A DNA stretch of 14,162 nucleotides from contig SUPR01000090.1 of assembly GCA_005191425.1 (NCBI GenBank), positions 1-14,162 on the forward strand. Reading direction: 5' to 3'. Positions 1-6,549 of the stretch are shown here, piece by piece. Origin of the DNA: Candidatus Helarchaeota ASGARD archaeon Hel_GB_B. Lineage in GTDB: Archaea > Asgardarchaeota > Lokiarchaeia > Helarchaeales > HEL-GB-B. The first letter of the stretch is position 1. The number at the start of each line of letters is the position of its first letter. Below the pieces are notes generated by a model. The model was given only the letters and a program-made list of their open reading frames with translations. It had not been told where the DNA came from and did not search any database. The position numbers and the translations under genes were made by a program.

Positions 1-817
1 AAACAGGAATTTGAGACTCGATATAATAATAAATAAAATTTATAATTTTTTTATCTTCATTTTTTTCATTTGATTTGGCAAAATAATTGTAATTTAAATT
101 ATAACCTTTTAAAATATTTAATATATTCTGAGTAAAAAATCCAGAGGGCGGTAATGTCATTATGTTATTTCCAGGTTGTTCAATTATTTTTTCTGTTAGT
201 TCAATCATCGTTTCATTAATTTTCTCAGTTAGGAATCTTGAAGAAAAATTGTCTAATAAAATTTTTAACGCACCTATTAAGCAACTATCCATTTCCCAAC
301 TTGGTTGATAAAAATAAAAACCATTATATACTTTTTCTAATTGATTTTTGTCAATTTTTTCTTTTTTTATTATATTATCGATTTTCGAGATATTAGATCT
401 CAAGTATTCTAATGGATTTATTTTTCCGCAAGTTATCACGTATTTTTTATATGAGTAATTTATATTCTCCTGTAATATCGTAAAAAAGCTTGAAGCTATT
501 GAATAATGAATTAGCGGATCTTTAGGTCTAAATGATATATATGATAAAAATTTATTGTTATCATCAAAAAAAAGGATTAATTTACATTTTGAGGGGATAG
601 GATATGATATGAAATAATTTTTATATATTTTACTATATTCTTGAGTATAATTTTCATCTTTATGATTTAATATTAATATATTTGATAGATTTCTCGATTT
701 TAAATAATCAATTATGGTAGTAATTGTCATATTATTAATGTTTAATCCTTCATCAGAAATGTAATCCTTAAAAAATGATTTGCCTATTGAATCTGTTGAA
801 TAATATTGATATTCCAT
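1..817 (-). CDS. Partial CDS (3' end runs off the left edge), >=272 aa hypothetical protein with a putative C39-like/papain-fold cysteine peptidase domain in its C-terminal part
   Basis: Hand translation of the minus strand from ATG at 817 gives 272 codons with no stop to position 2 (MEYQYYSTDSIGKSFFKDY...FYQPSWEMDSCLIGALKILLDNF...IINFIYYYIESQIPV). There is an in-frame TAG upstream at 851-853 and an AGGA SD-like motif at 829-832. A stop-free run of this length in ~80% AT DNA is very unlikely by chance. The peptidase call is motif-based and less certain than the CDS itself. Confidence 0.8.
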   Translation of the reverse strand, partial: MEYQYYSTDSIGKSFFKDYISDEGLNINNMTITTIIDYLKSRNLSNILILNHKDENYTQEYSKIYKNYFISYPIPSKCKLILFFDDNNKFLSYISFRPKDPLIHYSIASSFFTILQENINYSYKKYVITCGKINPLEYLRSNISKIDNIIKKEKIDKNQLEKVYNGFYFYQPSWEMDSCLIGALKILLDNFSSRFLTEKINETMIELTEKIIEQPGNNIMTLPPSGFFTQNILNILKGYNLNYNYFAKSNEKNEDKKIINFIYYYIESQIPV

Positions 818-952
818 TAATAATACTATCCTAGATTTGTAGATTTTATCCTAGAGTTTTTAATTTTAACAATATTTATTAAAAATTTATAAAATTTCTA
901 TTAAATTAAATAAAATTATTTTAAAATAATTATTGAATAAAAAATAATAAAA

Positions 953-1177
953 TCATTCAGGTTTTTTATTTGGAATAAATCTGTTATAATTAAAACTTTC
1001 TATTTGCCATTCACTTATTTTTTCTATTTCTTTTTCCCATTTATGTTTTTTAAATGGAATTTTATCCAATTCCTTAATATTAATTATAATTTCATGTATT
1101 TTCTTGCATTCCTCCTCAGAAAATTCAATGATTATCGAATTACTCTCGTTTACATTTTCTTTAATCTCTTCTTTCAT
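953..1177 (-). CDS. Small hypothetical protein, 74 aa, highly charged (E/K/I-rich)
   Basis: ORF track. The composition is typical of real low-GC archaeal proteins, it lies on the same strand as its neighbours, and a T-rich tract follows the stop on the minus strand. No recognisable family. Confidence 0.6.
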   Translation of the reverse strand: MKEEIKENVNESNSIIIEFSEEECKKIHEIIINIKELDKIPFKKHKWEKEIEKISEWQIESFNYNRFIPNKKPE

Positions 1178-1220
1178 TGCTATCTGCCTTTTTTTAATGT
1201 ACTTATAATATCATAAATTT

Positions 1221-1320
1221 ATTTATTTAATATATAGAACACACTATATAGAACACACATATTTAACATATAGAACATACATTATTTAATAATATAGAAT
1301 AAACATTATTTAAATAATAT
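1221..1320. repeat. Degenerate tandem direct-repeat array: core NATATAGAAYANAC x4 with A(T)TATTTAA-type spacers
   Basis: TATATAGAACACAC 1231-1244 and 1245-1258 (perfect tandem pair), CATATAGAACATAC 1267-1280, AATATAGAATAAAC 1291-1304. Spacer motifs are TTTATTTAA 1222-1230, ATATTTAA 1259-1266, ATTATTTAA 1281-1289 and 1305-1313. Confidence 0.85.
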
Positions 1321-1543
1321 TTTCACAAATAATTTAGAAATCCCGCGACAAAATTAATAAACATTATGTCAGAAGATACTAAAATGTTTTAATTAATTAT
1401 AATACAATATATTAAACAATTTTGAAATTTATATTTAAATTCACCTTATAATTTTAAAAACTAGAGAAAAAAATTTGATTTGAAATCTCCTTAAGATAAA
1501 TTGAACTCAGAAAATTCATTAAAATATAATTAAAAGAAAACAA

Positions 1544-2170
1544 TTAATCTAAATATTTTTTAAATACTTTTACAGCCTCGACCGCATCTGGAGCCCAATC
1601 ATTAGCATTTACATATTTACATGTATCAGCATCAACTGGTCCACCACCGACAATAACGGGGATATTTGGGTCAAGAGATTTAATTGCTTCGATAGTTTTT
1701 TTCATAGAATCAATAGCTAAAGTTAAAAGTCCGGATAAGCCTACGGCTTTTGGTTTTTCTTTTTTGATTGCTTCTATAAATGATTCAATAGGTTTGTCGA
1801 CCCCAAGGTCTATAACGTCGATACCTTCTGCTCTTAATAGACCGATAACAATATTTTTACCTATATCGTGGATATCATTTTTAACTGTTCCCATCACTAC
1901 TTTTCCCAATTGCTTGGAATCACCACTTTTTTTAATTAATGGCATTAAGATTTTATTAATTTCCTCGAAAATTTCTGCACTATAAATTAAATCTGCTAAA
2001 AAGTATTCTTTTGAGGCAAATTTATCTCCTACAATTGTCATACCTTTTCTAATGATATTAAAAATCTCAACAGGTTTTTTGCCATCTTTTAATAGTTGAT
2101 TAGTTAAGTCTAAAACCTTTTCTTCTTCTAAATCAGCCATAGCATTAATTAAATCTTCCTCATTTGTCAT
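1544..2170 (-). CDS. Corrinoid (cobalamin-binding) methyl-carrier protein, MtaC/MtbC/MttC-like: N-terminal four-helix cap plus B12-binding Rossmann domain
   Basis: Canonical D-x-H-x-x-G motif (NDIHDIGKN), S-x-L (GLSGLL) and GGG motifs, a GKVVMGTV strand, an N-terminal cap with GMTIVGDKF...YFLADL, and a length of 208 aa. Confidence 0.95.
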   Translation of the reverse strand: MTNEEDLINAMADLEEEKVLDLTNQLLKDGKKPVEIFNIIRKGMTIVGDKFASKEYFLADLIYSAEIFEEINKILMPLIKKSGDSKQLGKVVMGTVKNDIHDIGKNIVIGLLRAEGIDVIDLGVDKPIESFIEAIKKEKPKAVGLSGLLTLAIDSMKKTIEAIKSLDPNIPVIVGGGPVDADTCKYVNANDWAPDAVEAVKVFKKYLD

Positions 2171-2225
2171 TTAAAATCAGCCTATTAAATTGAATTACCA
2201 ATTTTATACTAATATTTTAGTTAAA

Positions 2226-2238
2226 TTTAAAAAACTTT
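2226..2238 (-). promoter_or_regulatory. Putative archaeal BRE/TATA promoter of the corrinoid gene
   Basis: The minus strand reads AAAGTTTTTTAAA about 56 bp upstream of the ATG at 2170. This is nearly identical to the motif at 2943-2956 upstream of the next genes. Confidence 0.45.
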
Positions 2239-2489
2239 AACTTAATAATATTAAAAATTTTGCGTTGTTTTAAAAAATCATTTATATTCTTTTTCAATTT
2301 AATTTATTCATTAAAAATTTTGAGTAAAAATAAATTCAGATACAAGTTTAAGATTGATTTTATAAAAAAAATAAACAAATTTGCTTAATAAGATAATTAA
2401 AAATGAAAACATAACATTAATTGTATCTGGATAATTAGAATTGATTATCTATAGCCCCTTTTCGTATATTGAAATCTTAATTACATTAT

Positions 2490-2891
2490 TTAATCATCGT
2501 TTGTGTTTTCTTCTACAACACATGGGCCTAAATCAACTACTGGTGCATCTTTTATTTTAAGCTCTTTAATCAATGACCCATAAATTTCAAGTTCAATTAT
2601 TTCTCTATTATTTAATAATTTTAAAGCTTCTTGCTCTATATAAATGGGGAGACCGTGTATTAACTGCCCTTTTAATGGCATAAGTTTATATTTTTTATTA
2701 TAGTTTTTATAAAATTCAACTGTACATGCTACTTCTTTCCATCCGCCTTTAGTCATTACGCTGCAGCCAGCTTTTCTTAAAAAAATTATAATACCAACGT
2801 CATTAATATTACAGTCTTCCTCTAATTCCAATAAATCGTTCACTTCAGATTGTATGTAATCTTCTACGCCTTCACTGAGTTTAAATATCAT
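2490..2891 (-). CDS. Hypothetical protein, 133 aa, probably HesB/IscA-like fold (resembles CC/Se-motif HesB-like proteins)
   Basis: ATG at 2891 with an AAGGA SD-like motif upstream. The pattern FKLSEGVEDYI ... IIIFLRKAGC ... GLPIYIEQEALKLL ... LEIYGSLIKELKIKD matches my recollection of HesB-like proteins. CDS confidence is high; family confidence is about 0.5. Confidence 0.8.
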   Translation of the reverse strand: MIFKLSEGVEDYIQSEVNDLLELEEDCNINDVGIIIFLRKAGCSVMTKGGWKEVACTVEFYKNYNKKYKLMPLKGQLIHGLPIYIEQEALKLLNNREIIELEIYGSLIKELKIKDAPVVDLGPCVVEENTNDD

Positions 2892-2942
2892 AAAATTTCC
2901 TTCTGAATTTGATATTTAGTACCATTTTTAATTTAAAAATAC

Positions 2943-2961
2943 AAAGTTTTTTTAAAACTTT
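2943..2961. promoter_or_regulatory. Perfect inverted repeat AAAGTTTT-TTT-AAAACTTT in a divergent intergenic region; candidate overlapping bidirectional BRE/TATA or operator
   Basis: 8-bp arms at 2943-2950 and 2954-2961 with a 3-nt spacer, centred in the 126-bp gap between divergent starts at 2891 (-) and 3018 (+). Confidence 0.6.
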
Positions 2962-3017
2962 ACAAATAAATTAATTCTACTATCCCTTTAATATGTTATA
3001 TTTAAGTCCAAGGTGCA

Positions 3018-4136
3018 ATGTCTATGAAAGAATATGACGTGGTTGTTGTAGGTGCTGGGCCATCTGGGTCGACAGTCGCCAAAACTTGTGCGGAAAAAGG
3101 GCTGAAGACCTTATTGATTGAAGAGCATATAGATATTGGACTACCGCAACATTGTTCTGGATGGTTATCTGGTAGTCCCTTTACTGAACGACTAATAAAA
3201 ACGATTCCAGAGAATTTAATCTTACAAAAAGTATCCAGTTGGCGAATTTGGAGTCCATCAGGTAAAGTAATTTGTGAAATTAAGGATTTTGGATTTGGTG
3301 GCTGGTTTGTAGATAGAGCTGGTTTTGATAAATTTCTTGCAAAGGAGGCAGTTCGAGCTGGGTCGGATATCCGTGTTGGGACTAAATTTGTAGATTTAAT
3401 CAAGTCTGAGGAAATTATCACGGGCATAAAAGTTCAGATTAAAGGTAAAATAGAAAATATATATTCAAAACTGGTAATTGGAGCAGATGGGTCTAGATCA
3501 ATACCTTTAGGCGTAGCTTTTAAATCAGATTTACCTAAATTGAATAAAAAACCCAAAGTATATTATCCAGGGTTGCAATATGAATTCATTAATATAAAGG
3601 ATATGACACCTGGAGTAATTGAGATTTTTTTTGGCTCGATTTTTGATCAAATATTTAAAATGGCTTTTGTTTCACCACTAGCTGCAGACAACGCCTACAT
3701 TGGCTTTGGAAAACATAGAGATTATGAAAATGTAAAACAAAAACACCCAATATTAAAGGAACGATTAAAAAATGCTAAAGTTATCCGAAAAATGGGCGGT
3801 TCATATGGAGTCCCTCTTAATGTCCCGCTTAAAAAAGTTTCAAGGTCAGGTCTGATGCTAGTCGGAGATGCTTCAGGATTACACGGAATAATTAATGGTA
3901 TGATTAGTTCAGTCTTATGCGCGGACGTCGCGATTAATGCACTTGATCAGGGAGATATTTCAGATGATTTCTTAAAAAATTATGATAAAAAATTAAAAAG
4001 AAACTTAGTTTCAAAGGTCTCTATAGGTTATGATATGTCAACATTTTCAGACGAAGGAATGGAAAGATTATTAGACGAACAAGGCGATAAAATTACTGAA
4101 TATATGCTAAGAGAAATAAGTAAATTTGATATTTAA
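3018..4136 (+). CDS. Geranylgeranyl reductase (DGGGPL reductase) family FAD-dependent oxidoreductase, divergent paralog; likely true start is ATG 3024
   Basis: GAGPSG FAD-binding motif, IGLPQHCSG (GGR-type PxxC), DRAGFDKFLA (RxxFD), VIGADG and LVGDASG. The SD motif AGGTG at 3011-3015 is spaced 8 nt from ATG 3024 but only 2 nt from ATG 3018. Confidence 0.88.
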   Translation: MSMKEYDVVVVGAGPSGSTVAKTCAEKGLKTLLIEEHIDIGLPQHCSGWLSGSPFTERLIKTIPENLILQKVSSWRIWSPSGKVICEIKDFGFGGWFVDRAGFDKFLAKEAVRAGSDIRVGTKFVDLIKSEEIITGIKVQIKGKIENIYSKLVIGADGSRSIPLGVAFKSDLPKLNKKPKVYYPGLQYEFINIKDMTPGVIEIFFGSIFDQIFKMAFVSPLAADNAYIGFGKHRDYENVKQKHPILKERLKNAKVIRKMGGSYGVPLNVPLKKVSRSGLMLVGDASGLHGIINGMISSVLCADVAINALDQGDISDDFLKNYDKKLKRNLVSKVSIGYDMSTFSDEGMERLLDEQGDKITEYMLREISKFDI

Positions 4137-4457
4137 TTGATACAACTAAAGTAAGTTAACATTTTCAAAAAAAGAAAATTATTATTTTTAATTATGCTGA
4201 TTAAAAAAAATCAATAGGACATCTAAATTTTTATGGGCGAGGATAATCATAAAATCTGTAAAATTTCAAAATAATTTATTTTATTTTTTAAGAGAAATCA
4301 TAATAATATTGAGCTCGTTAAAAGATTTGTTCTAATTAAATTTGTTATAAAGAAATCATTTTTAATTTATATTTTTCATTTTTTAAGAAAAGAAGATACA
4401 TAACAAAAATTATAAGATGAAAATAGAATATATAGAAAAATTGATTCAAATACTGGA

Positions 4458-5879
4458 TTATTCTTGAGCTCTTGCTTTTAATATTTGGCGCATTTTTTCA
4501 TAATCTTTTGGATAAGTAAAATAGACAAATGTATATAGTACCAGACATAAAATCCAAGGTATTAGAGCCACAAAAAACATTCCATTTGCTAAAGCCATCA
4601 TATTAGTATATCTTATTGCCGGTGGTAGACTACTAATTTCAGTACCTATTGGTGGTGTTATAAAGCCAAAAAAAGTTGCAGCAATTCCAACAAATATCGT
4701 TCCCAGTGATGCAGATGACCCTTCAAACATTCGATCAACAGAAAATACACTACTACGAATTTCTGGCTCAAATATCTCACTAAAAATTGGGCTATTACAC
4801 CCCGGACCACACCATGAGATAAGAAGACCCGTTATACCGCCGACTATAATATATTCTACCATAGAACTGGTATTCATTGGAATTAAATAGAAGATAACTA
4901 AAGTCATTGGAATGCCTAAAAAGACGGAAATCTGAGCTATAATTATTCTCCCCCGTTTAGGACTCTTTTTAGCCGCCCAATCGCCTATTAAACCGCCCAT
5001 AAAATTTCCAAATGCTGCTCCAATTGCAATCATTATAAAAATTAAACCCGCAGTTAACGGGTCAAATCCAATGTATTCAAACCAGGTAACCATAAAAAGA
5101 ATTCCTTGCCAGGGAATAGAACCTGCCACACCTTGTGCAACAATTAATATGAAGGTCTTATTTGTTAAAATTTTTTTATAATCTGCAAATTTCATTTTAT
5201 ATTTTCCTTCCACCTCTTTACCAACAACATTCTTGAGCTCTGGTTCAGTTATCCCACGACTAATATCTTTTGTAAATATCAAGATAGCAAATCCAATTAC
5301 TATGCTTATTATACCAAAAGTTATGAAAACAAATCTCCACGAATCCAATCCAAAAATATAATCTACACTACCCACAAGGGCAGTTGCATAAATAGTACCA
5401 AAAATTATTCCAAAGACTCCTGTCAGTCCGAGTAGTCCAAAGGCTTTTCCACGTTTTTCAGGACGAAAATAATCAGAGAGTAAAGATTGAGCTGTTGGTA
5501 CAATTGCAGCAAGTCCAATTCCAATAATAGACCTATAAATTAACATATCAATATAAGAATAACTAAAAGCTATCAATAATGTAAATATAGACCAAATAAA
5601 GCACGCAACTGCAAGTACCTTTTTGCGAGAATGTCTATCACTCCACCAACCCCATAATGGAGTAGAAGCTGCCTGTAAAAAAGACCTAATACCAGTTATC
5701 CATCCTAATTGTATAATGTCTAACCCCATAGTTTTTTGAACTTGTGGGTATACTGAGGGTAATAATTGGCTATCTGCATTATCAATTATGTTTGTTGTAT
5801 TAATTACAATTTGTGATGCTGTTAAACCACTTATTTTTACTTCATTTTTATATATTTCTTCTTTTTTATCCTTAAACAT
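4458..5879 (-). CDS. Major facilitator superfamily transporter, Spinster-like subfamily
   Basis: 473 aa with about 12 hydrophobic segments and MFS motif A in both halves (WGWWSDRHSRKK; GGLIGDWAAKK). The TM1 signature DNADSQLLP, the GSIPW motif and the NSPIFSEI motif resemble Spinster-like MFS proteins. Confidence 0.92.
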   Translation of the reverse strand: MFKDKKEEIYKNEVKISGLTASQIVINTTNIIDNADSQLLPSVYPQVQKTMGLDIIQLGWITGIRSFLQAASTPLWGWWSDRHSRKKVLAVACFIWSIFTLLIAFSYSYIDMLIYRSIIGIGLAAIVPTAQSLLSDYFRPEKRGKAFGLLGLTGVFGIIFGTIYATALVGSVDYIFGLDSWRFVFITFGIISIVIGFAILIFTKDISRGITEPELKNVVGKEVEGKYKMKFADYKKILTNKTFILIVAQGVAGSIPWQGILFMVTWFEYIGFDPLTAGLIFIMIAIGAAFGNFMGGLIGDWAAKKSPKRGRIIIAQISVFLGIPMTLVIFYLIPMNTSSMVEYIIVGGITGLLISWCGPGCNSPIFSEIFEPEIRSSVFSVDRMFEGSSASLGTIFVGIAATFFGFITPPIGTEISSLPPAIRYTNMMALANGMFFVALIPWILCLVLYTFVYFTYPKDYEKMRQILKARAQE

Positions 5880-5938
5880 AATTTATCACAATCTTTATAA
5901 TCTCAATAAAAAAAATGGGGGAATAAAAAAACACTATT

Positions 5939-5966
5939 AATTACATAAAAGAATTACATAAAAGAA
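5939..5966. repeat. Perfect 13-bp tandem duplication AATTACATAAAAG x2
   Basis: Copies at 5939-5951 and 5952-5964 plus a partial AA, about 60 bp upstream of the MFS start codon. Confidence 0.75.
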
Positions 5967-6549
5967 ACAATTTAATAAAATCTTTTGAACGTTAAAAATA
6001 TATAAATGTATTTATTATCCGCTTTTTGGTTAATTCTTAAAAAGGTTATAAGATATATAATCATTATTTAACTAGTAAGAATTATTAATTATAAATTAAA
6101 AGTTAATTTACAAATATTTCTTCATTTTATTTGTGTCATATTAAAAATAATCATCATCCTTTAATAAAAATCGTAAAACTCTATCAATAATTAAAATTTA
6201 TTAAATGTTATGTCCCTAAATAGAGAATCTATAACTTGAATTTATCATTAATAATTCAATAATTAAAAAAGAGAAAGATTATCAGTTTAGACATTTATTT
6301 AACAAGAATTTCATATTATTACATAGAATTCAATTCAGAATAGATAATCAGACCGTTAAAAAGATGGTCAAAGAAAAACCTATATTACTTTAAAATTAAT
6401 TTAACAATAAAATTGATTTTTCAAGAATTCTTTATTAATCTAAATATCTGTAAATTAAATTGACCAATTCATACATCAAAATTAATATAAAATTATTAGA
6501 TGATTTGAATATAACAATAGATATTAATTATACAGAGATGAGTCAATAA

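Noticed and set aside
887-955. Selenocysteine readthrough of the TGA ending the 74-aa ORF
   Set aside because: The frame beyond the TGA is low-complexity T/A-rich terminator-like sequence and stops at TAA 887-889; it does not join the 817 ORF.
1004-1216. 70-aa plus-strand ORF (F-rich)
   Set aside because: Antisense shadow of the 953-1177 ORF; its Phe-rich composition is simply the reverse complement of Lys/Glu codons.
1221-1320. Repeat array as a degenerate CRISPR array
   Set aside because: The repeats are only 14 bp, two are directly adjacent, the spacers are 8-10 bp and themselves repeated rather than unique 30-45-bp sequences, and no cas genes are present.
1764-1985. 73-aa plus-strand ORF
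   Set aside because: Lies entirely antisense within the well-supported corrinoid gene.
3002-3427. 141-aa minus-strand ORF
   Set aside because: Antisense shadow of the GGR-family gene. The similar shadow ORF at 8761-9087 reflects the conserved FAD-binding N-terminus on the other strand.
4229-4254. Hairpin TTTTATG-N12-CATAAAA as a SECIS or structured RNA
   Set aside because: Weak 7-bp AT-rich stem, and no in-frame UGA in the flanking genes to need a SECIS.
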